DNA of 64,000 bases from assembly GCA_028534125.1 (NCBI GenBank), contig CM052816.1, forward strand, positions 52,702,001 through 52,766,000. The letters run 5' to 3'. This DNA is from Lama glama (Eukaryota). Below, piece after piece: positions 25,300 to 38,600 of this stretch (within the stretch, counting starts at the first letter, position 1; each line of letters opens with the position of its first letter). A program made the position numbers and the translations under genes. The notes beneath the pieces were generated by a model that worked only from the letters and a program-made list of their open reading frames with translations, did no database searches and was not told the origin of the DNA.

Positions 25300-27409
25300 G
25301 CTGCACACAAACTGCCGCAACTTTAGAAGATGCCCAGAGCCTTTCCATCACCAATAGTTCTTTTTACCCCTCCCCATTTTCATTCCTTGCCTTTAGAAGA
25401 ATGACTGTGATATTTCAGAAAAGTCTGGTTATCCTCGGTTGTACTCAGTTTTTACAGATTTTAGTCTCTTGTGTGGCTACTGGCCCTCATGTGGTCGGGC
25501 GAAGTATATCCGCAGAATGTAAGGAGACCCCTCGCTCTACCGGATCTGCTGGTCTTGCTACCTGCGCTCCTGCCCTCCTTTCCTGAGTCATTGGACACCC
25601 ACCCAGTTTCTGCCAGCGATGCCACCCCATCTTCTCCCACCCATCCATCGCAGATTCCAGGGCTCAGTTCTATTATGTCAGTGATTCTCAACTGTGTGCG
25701 GGGTATGATGCATTTCAGAATCTCCTATATGAAGTGTTCTGAAGACACTGCCGGCTCCCACTCCAGAGCTCCGGAATCGGATGCTGGGGTGGGCCAGAGT
25801 ATGAAGCAGCTCCCGGGGTGATCAAGGTCTGACAGGCACTCCCACCGCCACCCTGTGCACCACTGCTGTAGTTAATGAAGACCCAGATGAGGTAAATGGC
25901 AGGAGACGGAGGACAGCCCAGGTGGGGGTGGAGCTGGCATGACTCAGTGATGGATCGGTTCCCTTCCTAGCCCCATTTTCCCCCCAGGGAAATCTGAGAC
26001 CCACTCACTCCCAACAGGTGAGTCACTTTTCTCTTAACTGACTAAATTAAAGCCCTCCAACCGTTCTGTCCTCCTCGGTTACACTCTGGGTTTTTATCCA
26101 CATTCTTTCTCCATCTTTCCTCCCCACTCAGTGTGCAGCCTGTCTCTGCCTCCATCTGTGTCTGGAGACTGCCTCCTTCCCTGGCTCTCTGGGGACCCCT
26201 CTCCTCCCATTATCTGTTTCCCACTTGCACCTCTGGGGTCTCCCTCTCCAGGACTCGTGTCCTCTCTCCACAGCCCCATCACCTGTCCTCAAAGCTTCCC
26301 TCTTACCCACTCCCTCCTCCAGCTGTCACCAGTTCTATGAGTTCTCCCTGCCCGTGATGACCCTTCCACTCCGCCCCCTTTTCCTTGTCCTCTGTCCTTC
26401 CTTTTTCACTCCTTCCCACGGCTCCCAGCACATCCTCTGAGCTGGCTCATCTCCACGAAGCTCCTCCTCAGACTGACTCCAGAGAGGCTCTGCTGACATG
26501 CTCATCTGACACGTCGTGCCCTGAGTGAAAACTTTCATGGCCTCCTCACCCAAAATCACTGGACAAAGCCCCAGCCCTCAAGCATAGTATCCAGCCCTCC
26601 TCCACTTGCCCTTCCTTCCCTGGCCCTGCACTTCTCATTCTGGCACTTTGCACCCACGAGCCTCCTAAACAATCATTACCTGTGCCTAGCACTCCTTTCC
26701 CCAGTTTGCTTCCTAAAGCAAACTTCCGTTCATCCCACAAAATCCATCCCACCACCTCATGTGAAGAGCCTTCCCTGACTCCCTTGGAGATTCTGTCCTT
26801 CTCCCTTGCAAGATAACTCTGCTCTAAAATCAGGCTCTTCCTGATGCACCTTCCCTCTCTTTAACCTTCGAGTCATTAAGCATTGCTGCTCTGCACACTT
26901 CTTTCATTCACAGTTCTCTCTTCCTTTCCAAGCTGTTAGCTTCTTGAGGGCGTAGACCAGGACTCACTCATTTCAGCCCTCCTGGTGCCTCGCTCAGCAA
27001 TTGTGGGAATGGGTCAGAGCCTGACTCTCTGCTTCCTTTCACGGTCTTTAAAGGTCTTTAAAATACCAAATCCCTGCCTTTACGGTGTTTCCACTCCCAC
27101 TCTCCCCTTCACCCCCTAAAATCTGTTCTCCACCCATGTTTCTGATCTTTTAAAGAAGCAGATGAGTCAGCCACATGTCTAAAGTACGCTGTGCCCATTC
27201 GCTTCCCATCTTCAACCTCTGGGTCACTGGACACTGGTGACTACCACCTGCCTTGATGCTCTTCCCTCTTCCCTTGGCCTCTGTAGTGGAGAGTCACTGT
27301 TTTTGCTGTGCCCATTCCCCGTTCTCCTGGGGACGGCACCCCAGTCTGTCTCTAGGACCTATCCCTCCCTCACTCTCAGTCCATGTGGTTTGGATGCCTC
27401 CATCTGTAA

Positions 27410-27806
27410 CTAGAGATGGGTGTTGACTTCATTCTAAGCATCAGAGCATGACAACCCATTGGCTTAGAAATGGCTATTTCTAAGTGGGCTACCCCAGAGT
27501 CAGGCTCATTTAGAGCCCTTGACTGAAACTGCCTGGAGGAGAACTGCTCTTCCTGGTGGAGAAGGTGGAATGGAGCTCCTGAAAACTGTTTTGTCATCAT
27601 AAGGAGAAGGTTCCTGGGCCAACACAGTGAGGCAGGATAAGGCAAAAGGAGTGAAAACAAGTCCACAGGTCACTGAGCCCTTCAATGCATCTGAGCCTGG
27701 ACTATCCCAGACTCACCTGCTTTGTGAGCCAATATCCTCTTTTATTATCATTAAACTGATTTGAATTGAGTTTCCTATCACTTGTAAACAAAGATCCTGA
27801 CTAATT
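27410..27806 (+). mobile_element. MLT1-type MaLR LTR
   Basis: 3' end tgtgagccaata...tttgaattgagtttcctatcacttgtaaacaaagatcctgactaat. Confidence 0.65.
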
Positions 27807-28329
27807 ATGGTTATTATGATCTGCAATATATTGGGTCTCCCCCTCCATTCTCTTTCTCCTTCCCTGGTTTCTCGTTTTCCTCTTATCTCACACATGTAAT
27901 CCTGATGCTAAAAGAAACATTCATTTGCAGAATGTTTTACAGCTCAGAAGCCACCTGGCCAGAGCCCTCTCCAGCTCACAACACTCTCCCTACTGAACAC
28001 AACCAATTCTGTTGCTCCAATTCTCCCATCTATAGAGTGACCCAAACTCTCACATCCATTGCGTCTTCTCCACAAAACCCCCACCCTCATTTTTCTAACC
28101 ACCTGCCATTCTTTCGAATTCCACCAATACCTCTGACTTGTCTGAAACTCAATTCTTCCTTTTCAATTTCTCTTTTTTCAAAACAGTTCTCTTTCTGATT
28201 ATCTTCATTTTGGCCAAGGTATTAGCATCTTGTAAGTTCCCTGATCAGAAACCCTGGAGTTATCCCTAATTAAAGATACAATGAGTCCTTCCCTCTTGGT
28301 TTGGGAATCAGCCCTGACTCAAGCTGGGC

Positions 28330-28617
28330 TACAGGGAGTGCCCGAGCCTAGTAGGAAAGGGATGCGCTCTTCTTCCTGGGTGGCGGGGCTGGGAGGAGCC
28401 ATGACCTGCGGTGGTCATCTGCCTGCCTGAGAGTGAAGCCAAGCCTGAGGGAAGCAGAGCTGAGGGAGAGAGGGTGCAAGACTCCCAAGGGTGCCGTCTG
28501 CACCCCTACACCCAGCCGTGCTGAAGCCAGACCTAAGCCCTGGACGTTTCAGTTAAATTACCATTTTTGTTTCAGCCAGGCTGTTTTCTTTTATAATCCT
28601 CCTATAATACTGACACA
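28330..28617 (+). mobile_element. MLT1-type MaLR LTR fragment
   Basis: gtgaagccaa...ggaagcagagctgag...cagccgtgctgaagccaga...ctggacgtttcagtt. Confidence 0.55.
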
Positions 28618-29894
28618 GGCTTTGTCTGTTGCTTGGCACAAGGATTCCAGATCTGATTGTGGATACTTAAGAAAGGTCACACAACCACCGACTGGCCACA
28701 GGTCCCCTGAGGAGTCTGGATGGGATGGCCTGAGATGTCCTTTCAGACTCTGAGAACAGGGCTGGGTTCATTTATGAACCGCCTCCTCCCTTTCCCAACT
28801 TCTTCCCGTGGGCACGTCTCACCACTGCTCTGGTGGGAGCCGCTCCCCTTTCCTATCTTCCCTGTCAACACGGGGCCTCTCGGAGGGGACGTGGAGGCTG
28901 GGAGCTTGTCTTCTTAGCTCAGTCAGTGTTTATGAGAAGGAAGGGAGGGAGGGAAAAGAGAGAGAGAAAGGAACAAAGGGAAGGGAAAGGAAGGCAAGAG
29001 ATCAACCATTCATGGTATTTTAAGAACTTAATTGTGAAGCTACATCTTGACTCTTAATTCTCAATTAAAAAGCCCCTACTTGTATTGGCTACTTTTTAAA
29101 ACCTGAAATGCTCCTCTGTGCTTTTAGCTCGATTTTAAAAATAATCCATAGACGACAGTGCTGTGCAGCAAACATGCCTATAGTGGAGGCTTCCATTCTG
29201 GGGTCACCCTCTTTTGACCTCGTCTTCTTGCTCACTCCTCCACTTTCCCGTAATTTTCTTAGTTTCCTTCTTTATTAGAACGGAGTGCTCAGACACACAG
29301 CTAATACATCGAATCATAAAGGTGGATCAGGGCATAACTGCAGAGGATCCTTCCAGGCGTGTTTAGACAAGTGACACCATTGTCTAAGTTGTCTAAGAAA
29401 AACTCGACAAGGAGACAGTCCTCCCTGGCAAGTTACAGAAACAAATAATCTAAGATATGCCTTCTCTGTCTTCATTATGAGAAAGGAAAGAAAGAAAGAA
29501 AAGGAAGGAAGAAAGACAGACCCTAGACATCATCTGGTAAGTTTTTCCATCTAGACGTTTCTTAAGTGGTTAGAATGGTGCTGAGTGTGGTGGCGGGTCC
29601 AGCTGGCCTGGACTCCTTACAAGGGCCTCTGCATTGCGGCGTGTTTAAAATAGTAGTCACTGCCTCCAGCGGACGAGGTTTCTAAGGGAGTGATACTGTT
29701 TGTCTGTGCATCCAGCAATTCATATTTAAAATACGTGTTGAGAACTCACTGGGTACTGCACTCTATTAAACTCTGAGGGAGGAGATGCCAAAACATGCAG
29801 GCACTGTCCTCGCTCTCTAAGCATTTATAAGCTAATTAGAGAGAAAGGCTACACCCACAGCTCCAGATTTCCCTTCAGCAGAGAGCCAGAAGCC

Positions 29895-30095
29895 AGTTCT
29901 CAGCCCTGGCCTCACATTCCCGTCACCTGAGAAGCTGTAGGAACACTGCTGATGCTTGAGCCTCATGCCAAACAATTAAATGAGAAATATCTAGGGAGAG
30001 CTTAGGTATGAATATTTTTAACCCTCACCTTATCGCCCCACCTTCCTCACCTCCAGGCGCATCTAAGGTGCAGTCAGATTTGAGACACTTTGGCC
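29895..30095. mobile_element. MER5-type hAT-Charlie MITE
   Basis: cagttctcagccctggc...tcacctgagaagct...ggtgcagtcagatttgagacact. Confidence 0.5.
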
Positions 30096-33000
30096 TAAAT
30101 GCTACCTTTTCTTGAACACGGAGACCAGCTTGCCCTCCCTGGTTTCCTTACCCTGATGGAATAAGTATTATTGACTCTAGAAGGTCCAAATGTTTCCATC
30201 AAAGAAACACCTAGGAAACTTCAGACCAAGTTCTCTTTCCCAGAGAGCACAAGGCGGAGGAGGTGGCAGGAGGGGTGTCTCACTGTAGCCCCTGCCCTCC
30301 CCTGGAAGGTGTCTTGACTCAGGATTGACAAAAGGCAGGGCCAGTCGGCCAGCCTGAGAGATGGTGGAGTCAATCCCCATACACCTCAGCTCTTGGGCTG
30401 ACCACTTTTTTCTCCACAGTCACTGGACTTGCTGGAAGGTGCCTACATTCATGGACTTGGGGGTCTGGTAGTTACCTGGACTGAATGAGAAATACATTTC
30501 AAATCACAGCACTGGAATCTTCAGAGGCAATGGAGGCTGACCTAGATTTTCTCCTCCCAGGCCTCCATCTCTGACCACATTCCCAGCCGGTGCAGGTGCA
30601 GAGACTGGTCTAACAGAGGCAAGCCGGCCCCAAGTGTCCCCGGACAGACATTCCGAGGCCCTGACTGCAGCTGCCTGGTGGGGAGATGCGGCCTAGCCTT
30701 GATTAAAGGAGTCTTTCATTTCCCTTTGTCTGAGTGAGCCCTTTCAGCCAACGTGAATCCATCCGTTCAGTTGATTCTAACCTAATTGCCAGCACTGGCA
30801 GCCAAAACCTCTACTGCCCTGACCTACCTCTGTAACTGCCCTGACCGACATATCTGTGTCCTCTCACTGACAGTTCACACTGGCCAGGCTCCAAGCTCTA
30901 CCTCAGAATATGATTCATCCAGAACACCAGAGCACGGGAGACGCAGACTGGAAACTTCTTATATGTTACAGGCAAAAAAAAAAAAAAAAGAGACTGAGCA
31001 ATGGAGAAACAAGCTTCCAATTCACTGTCTCCTAAGGGTGAGGGCAGGCTGCTTTGTCCAGAAGGTAGTACGTTTTCCAAGGCTCCAGAGGGACTCTGAG
31101 AGCTTACTCAGGCCTCCTGCTGAGGAGGGAACAAGAGTTTTTTCACCAATAGAAAAATCCAGGCCTCAACCCACTTGGATGCCCAGTGTCAGCGTGGTCT
31201 GGGCCTTCCAGAAGGGCTTTGGAATCATAAAATCTCACTTGCTCACAAGCTGTGTTTTTTGGGAATCAGTGACACCTAGGGCTGTGGTCCCTCAATTGCC
31301 TCCCCTAAATGTTGGCCCTGCCCTGAAGCGTGAGATCAGGCCATCTGACCCCCTTTTGTCCCTAGCCCTCCTGTCCCCTGAGTCTCAAAGTGTCACAATC
31401 TTAAATGTCATCTCTAGACCATCTTTAGTCAATTCTCTTCTTCCCAGCCCTCATTTTGAATGAGCTTGGAAGGAGTGAGAATGCCTGCCTCGAGCCTGTG
31501 TTCACAGAGGACATTTCCGCTTGCCCGAGGAGGTGGAACCTGCTTGTCTGGGGGAGGCAGGGAATTTAGCCCATGAAGTCTCCACACAGTGCCAGCGGCA
31601 CTCCCCACAATTCATCCCACCAACATGCACTCTGTTTCTACTACATGCCAGGTGAGGGCCAGGCTGCACACTGTACAGGATACAAAACTGAGTAAGGAGC
31701 AGCCCTTCAGAACAGAGAGCAGGGAGGGCAGTGATGCCCAGGATTCCTGGGGAGGGGGAGCAATTTCAAGTACTGTGTTACTGATACTGATCTAAAATGG
31801 TATCTCATAGCTTCATTCAGGCCATTTGCAAAATGGGAAATTCCCCATCCTGACTCCGTCCCAGAAGGAATTTGTAAACTTACCCCATGTTGTCCCAGAG
31901 CCCCTCACTGAGCCACCATTGCCAACTTTCTGCTGTCTTGGCGGGGCACCTCCACTGGTGATTGGTATGGCTTCCTGTGTGGCTATCCTATCCATCACTG
32001 GGCATTTTCCTCCTTAAGACAAGAGCAGCCTTAGGGGTCCTACATAAAAGTATGTGTGTTCCCTTCCAAACTCATTCTATGAGGCCAGCATCACCCTGAT
32101 ATCAAAACCAGACAAAGATATCACAAAAATAGAAGACTGTAAGGCAATATCACTCATGAACATAGATGAAAAATCTCAACAAAATAGTAATTATTAATTA
32201 ATATTAGTTATTAAACCAAATCCAATAATACATTAAAAAGAACGCACACCATGAGCAAGTGGGATTTATTCCAGGGATGCAAGGATATTTCAATGTCAAC
32301 AAATCAATCAGTATATTACACCCCATTAACAAACTGAAGAATGAAAACCATATGAACATCTCAATAGATGCAAAAAAAGCTTTGACAAAATACAACATTC
32401 TTTTTATGATAAAAACTCTCTAGAAAGTGGGCTTAGAGGAAACATACCTCAACATAATGAAGGCCATACATGACAAGCCCACAGCTAACATCATACTCAA
32501 TGGTGAGAAGCAGAAAGCTTTTTCTCCAAAATCAGGATGGGGACAATGATGCCCACTCTTGCCACTGCTTTCAACATAGTTTTGGGAATTCTAGCTACAG
32601 CAGTCAGATTAGAAAAAGAAAGCAAAGGAATCCAAATTGGAAAGGAGGAAGTAAAACTGTCACTGTTTGCAGATGACATGATACTATACATAGAAAATCC
32701 TAAAGATGTCACCAGGAAACTACTAGAGTTCATCAATGAATGTAGTCAAGTTATAGGATACAAAATTAACACACAGAAGTCTGTTGCATTTCTATACACT
32801 AACAACAAACTATCAGAAAGAGGAATTAAGAAAACAATCCCATTTACCATTGCTTAAAAAAAAAAAAAACAACCTAGGAATAAACCTGCCTAAGGAGGTA
32901 AAAGACTTGTACTTGGAAAACTGTAAGACACTGATGAAAAATATTGAAGACGACACAAACTGATGGAAAGATATACCATGGCCTCGAATTGCAAGAATTA

Positions 33001-33774
33001 ATATTGTTAAAATGATCATACTACCCGAGGTAATCAACAGATTCAATGCAATCCCTATTAAAACGCCAATGGCATTTTTCACAGAACTAGAACAAACAAT
33101 TTTACAATTTGTGTGGAAACACAAAAGACCCTGAACAGCCAAAACAATCTTGAGAAAGAAGAACGGAACTGGGGGAATCACACTCTCTGACTTCAGACTA
33201 TACTACAAAGCTGCACCAATCAAAAACAGTATGGTATTGGCATAAAAACAGACACACAGATCAACAGAACAGGAGAGGAGAGCCCAGAAATAAACCCATC
33301 CGCCTATGGTCAATCAGGCTACAACAAAAGAGGCAAGAATATACAATGGAGAAAAGACAGTGATTTCAGTAAGTGTTGTTGGGAAAACGGGACAACTACA
33401 AGTAAAAGAATGAAATTAGAACATTATTACCGTATACAAAAATAAAATCAAAATGGATAAGACCTAAACGTAAGATCAGGCACCATAAAACTCTTAGAGG
33501 AAAACATAGGCAGAACACTCTTTGACATAAATTACAGCAATATTTTGTTTTAATTCATCTCTTAAAACAAGGGAAATAAAAGCAAAAATAAACAAATTGG
33601 GCCAAATTAAACTCAAAAGCTTTTGCACAGCAAAGGAAACCATCAACAAAAGAAAAAGACAGCCTTCTGAATGGGAGAAAATATTTGCAAATGATATCAC
33701 AGATAAGGGGTTAATATCCAACATATATAAACAACTCAACATCAAGAAACAATTCAATTAAAAAATGGGCAGAA

Positions 33775-33934
33775 GACAGGGAACTGTATTCATTATCTTG
33801 TAATAACCTATAATGAAGAATATGAAAACAAATATATATGTACATATATGACTGAATTATTATGCTGTACACCAGAAATTGACAAAACTGATTACAGTTC
33901 AATAAAATAAATATAAATAAAAATAAGAAGTTTA
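33775..33934 (+). mobile_element. Short younger L1 3'-terminal fragment nested in L1, 15-bp TSD
   Basis: aaaaaatgggcagaa at 33760-33774 and 33935-33949 flanks an L1 3' end (tatgctgtacaccagaaattgac...aataaa). Confidence 0.85.
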
Positions 33935-34496
33935 AAAAAATGGGCAGAATAACTCAATAGACAATTTTCCAAATAAGAAATGCAAATGGCCAATAGGCAC
34001 AAGAAAAGATGCTCAACATCACTAATTAGGGACATGCAAATCAAGTCCACAATGAGATATTACCCCATACCTGTCAGAATGGCTATCACCAAAAAGAACA
34101 CAAATAACAAGAGTTGGCGAGGATGTGGAGAAATGTGGAGAAACCCCTTGTACACTGTTGGTGGGAATGTAAATTGGTGCACCCACATGGAAAACAGTAT
34201 GGAGTTTTGTCAAAAAACATAAATTGAACTGCCATGTGACCAAGCAATTCCACTACAGGCTATATATCCAAAAAAAAAAAAAACACTAATTCGAAAAGAT
34301 ACATGGACCCCAATGTTCATAGCAGCATACTTACAATTGCCAAAATATGGAAGCAATTTAAGTGTCCATCAACAGATAACTAGATGTGGTATAGATATAC
34401 AATGAAATACTACTTAGCCATAAAAAAGGAAATGTTGCCATTTGCAGCAACATGGATGGATTTGGAAGGCATTATGTTAAGTGAAATATGTCAGAC

Positions 34497-34564
34497 AGAG
34501 GAAGACAAATACTGTTATGATGTCACTTACAGAGGAAGACAAATACTGTTATGATGTCACTTAC
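34497..34564 (+). repeat. Perfect 34-bp tandem duplication inside L1
   Basis: agaggaagacaaatactgttatgatgtcacttac x2. Confidence 0.95.
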
Positions 34565-35534
34565 ATGTGGAATCTAAAAATACAACAAACTAGTGAACAT
34601 ACCAAAAAAAAAGAAGCAGGCTCATACATATAGAGAACTAGTGGTTATCAGTGGGGAGAGGGAACAGGGGAGGGGCAGGATTGGGTGGGGAATTAAGAGG
34701 TACAAACTATTAGGTATAAAATAAGCTACAAGATATATTGTATAACACAGGGAACAAAACAAATATTTAAAAGAACTATAAATGGAGTATAATCTTTAAA
34801 AATTGTATATCACTATACTGTATACCTGTAACTTGTATAACATTATAAATCAACTACACTCCAATTAAAAAACAAACTAACTAACTAAAAACCAACTTTT
34901 AAAAATGGCAACCATTTGCAACAACACGGACTTACCCTGAGGGCATTCCGTTAAGTGAAGTAAGCCAGACAGAGAGAGACAAATCCTGCATGTTCACAAC
35001 AGATACATGCATCAAATTATATTGTATACCTAAAACTAACACAATTTTATGTGTCAATTATATCTCAATAAAAAATAATTTTAAAAATTTAAACAAAAGA
35101 AACAAAAAGAGTGCCTGTGTTCCCTCAGTTGAGAATTCCCCCCACACTGCTGCTGCGGAAGGCAGAGCGGGGCCACGAACCTCATGAATTGGGGGATCAA
35201 GCACCCTTCTCTCAGCCCTCAAAAGGGTTCATTTGGAATGAAGACTAATTTAGGCAAAAGCAGGGAAAGTGTTCTTACCTTAAACTTCCCAGCGAGCCCC
35301 ACTGAAGTGCAACCCGAGAGCGCGGCGTCTTCAACCCCCACACGCCCTGCCCTGCGTTCTGTCCTCTGGAGTCACCTTCAGCCTTCGTTCTCAAGTCTCT
35401 TTTCTGGGAGAAGTTTTTTGGGGGGCCATCCCCCATCTCACTTCAGTTATTTCGGTGAATCTTTCTTTCCTGAGTCAGCCCTTTCGCGACACATTTCTGA
35501 AGCGGGAGCCCTTAACCTCGGCGCCGGGCTTTAA

Positions 35535-35670
35535 GCACTGATACCTGGGTTCTGCCCCAAGGTTCTGATTCAGGTGGTTTGGGGCGGGGCCCAACCATCA
35601 CGGGTTTCGGTTTCGGTTTCGGTTTCGGTTTCAAGCTTCCCAGGTGATCCTCATGTGCTGTTAAAGGGCT
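35535..35670. mobile_element. MER5-type MITE containing a (GGTTTC)5 microsatellite
   Basis: ttctgattcaggtggtttggggcggggccc ... aagcttcccaggtgatcctcatgtgc resembles MER5A; five ggtttc units at 35603-35632. Confidence 0.65.
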
Positions 35671-38600
35671 GCGACTTAGCTTTTCTCTGGGCAGGCTTTC
35701 TTTTACACTCTGTTTTCTATGTGCTCTCATTATAGAAAAAAAGAGCTGAAGCCAGGACAATAGCTTAGTTCTGAAAGTTCAACTAGCCCTCCCCTCCCCC
35801 CAAAGTGATGTATCTTTCTTGTTTTCAGCCAGGGTTCAGAGACCTCTGGTTCTGGGTCCAAATGTCACCCTCGGTGTCACCAGATTTCAGAAGTATTGCC
35901 CATATTCCTGCTTATATTTGTGAAAACCTAACCACACTATTATATCCAAAAAGCCACACCAGGGGGCTGTTACTCCGTATGTCATGGCCGTGTGTGGCCA
36001 TCTGGGTGTGTCTTTTCCCATTTCTTTTTGTCTCTGCTTTCCTCTGCCCCTCAGTTTTTTCACCTTTAAAATATCTTTGAGTGTATTATAAAATATAACT
36101 AAACTACTTAATTTTTGTCCATGTTTTTTGCAAAGAATTTTTGATCTTCCTTTTTTACTTTTCTAAAGATACAGTTCTCTCTGAAAGAAAAATGAATGGA
36201 TGGCTACTTAGGGGCCTCCCTTCAGTTTGTCAAGACAGGATGGGGTGGGGAGAGCACCGTCCAGGGGTAACCAGAGTCCTGCCTCCATCCTTCACTAGCC
36301 ATGTGCCCAGGGATGCAAGCCATCAACACCTCCCTCTCTTCTCTCAACTAGAAAATGGAGGATAACATCTTCACCGCCCAGATCCACAGCCCACATCCAC
36401 AGGTTCTTATGAGAATCAACTAATCCAGTGTTTGTGAATATAGCTTAAGGGGGAAATATGATTCCTTTTCATTGGGCATACGTCAGCTTGAATCTTTCCA
36501 CAGAAGAAAATTTCCGTGCTCATTCTCTAAGCTCGCATTTCGATTTCTTTGAAAACCTTGCACTCCTTTGTGTGATCAGAGCTCTTGCTGGTCTAGAGGA
36601 GGCTTTTCTTGGGGGGGTCAGTGGGGGGAAGGCTGTTCTGCAGTCCTTCTGCTGCTTTCTGTAAGTTTCATTTCAGAAGGCAGCTCTGGTGAGGTTCCAT
36701 CCCGACGTCTGCAAATCACTTCCACAGGGAAAATGTGACTCACTCCAGTTACTGTGCTAAGTTTTCATGGATATTGTTCAGGGAGTAGGTGTTGTCTTTG
36801 GGCCAATCACTTGAAATCCCCATGACATCAGCCCCATCACTGAAAATCTGACTACTGTGCCCCGACAGGAAGGAGAGAGAAGGGTGGGCACTGGGACACA
36901 CGTCTCTCTAAGAAAGGTGCCTTTCCTAACCCTCCTGAAGGATCAGAAGTAAGACAGCCAACAAACACAAAGCACCCAGCGTACAGTAGGAGAGCAGTCA
37001 AGGGCGACCCACCAGTTATAGCAGGCTCATAAGTAACCTAACACAACATGACACAGCAAAGGTGACAACTCCTGTGAATGGGGAGAGACACAAACACACC
37101 AAATTTTACGCTGCACGGATGATAAGTATATGAAATTCTCGCTTCCCGCTTTCTTTTTTGGCTACATCTGACATCACTAATTGGTCATCACATGGTCTGC
37201 AGGTGATCCTGGATGCAACTTCTCCACTCAGTTTTAACAGCTGCTACCACTCAGTCCAGGATGCCAATTGCTGTGAAACCGTTGGACATTCCCAGTTTAA
37301 AAGGTTTCAGTAACCAAATCAGTTCATCCATGGCACTTGGTGAAACACTCAGATCACATGAGCACATTTGGCCTCCTCCTCGTTCTCATCTTCATCATCA
37401 GTGGCATCATTGTACTTGTCATCATAAAGCTACTTTGAGCGATTTTCATTGAAAAGCACACGAGTCTTGAAGTGGCATACTTTCAGGGTTGTGGGGGCCT
37501 CCGGTCTACCCTGTCATGCTTTAGTCTTGGTGGCTAAGCCTGTTTCCTGGTGATCTCCGCATACACTTTCCGTTTATTGTCCCTCCATTTCCAATCATTG
37601 CTGACTATATTTCAAAAAGAGAAAAGAAGCCGTATGTGTTGTTCTTTTTGGTCTAGGGTTTTCTCTCCCTTGTGGTAGTAGGATGGTCCCATGAACCCAC
37701 ATCAAAATATTAATGAGTTATTGAATCCAAGAGAGCAGACTGCTGACAGTGAGGTGGACTCTAGGAGAAAAATCTGGGAAGAAGGGAAGACATTCTACAA
37801 TAAATAGCAAAGGAGCTCGGCCAAAGAGAAAAGTTAAAAGGGAGAGAAACATCCTCTGCTGAAGGAGAAACATATTCAGTATAGAAAGGAGTTCATTACC
37901 TTTTGATTTCTCCTTGGCCCCTTTGCACAGTCACTTGAAAAGGAGCGCTTACCCAGGTCCAAGCACCCTCCTCCTCTTGGTTTGGTGACCTCAGTCCTGG
38001 GAAGCTGTGCTGCTCCAGAAAGTCAGCAGTTAGGTGAGAATAGACTCTGAGAGGCCTGCAGAGTTTCTGACCTGCAAACAAACAGGCGACCCAGCCCCCA
38101 CCTCCTGCAGTGTGGACCCCCCCTAAGGCAGCTTAGCAGGCCCTGATAAAGCAGCTGTCAAAGCTAGTGGGCCAGAGACATGGGACTCCCTCCCGAGATT
38201 CACGGGACTCTCTCTCCATCTCGGCCAGATGAAGACCTCTACCCCAGGCTCATTCCAGTGCGAGTTGGAAGAGAGGAACTTGTTAAGGTGTAGGTGGAGC
38301 ATGGAAGTGGGACAAGATGAAACTTAAAAAAAAAAAAAGAATTACTTTTAAATGAATAGAATAAAAACCCTAAGTTGATGAACAGAATACCCAAAGTCAC
38401 CACTTCTAATTATCCCTGAATTCAGAGCTGGAGAGAGATAATGGACCCAGTCAAATGAGAGAAACCCAAGAAGCCTTGATCCATTGGTAAACACAGACTC
38501 CTCTATGGAAATGAGTGAACTCCCCACTGGACAGCCAAGCCAATGTGGAGCTGACGCGTCAGGAGTGCCGACTGCATGTGCTGTGGATGGGTGTGCACAT

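Larger units (their letters stand above)
32065..35104 (+). mobile_element. 5'-truncated L1 (ORF2 RT to 3' UTR), frameshifted
   Basis: ORF 32537-32857 has [13 protein letters not shown]...[27 protein letters not shown] (L1 RT FADD motif); ORF 33980-34222 matches L1 ORF2 C-terminal region; A-rich tails; degenerate TSD ending tgtgttccct at 32055-32064 and 35116-35125. Confidence 0.95.

Noticed and set aside
30786..31463. Longest ORF in the window (225 aa)
   Set aside because: Non-ATG start, runs through a poly(A) tract, no recognisable domain; consistent with chance.
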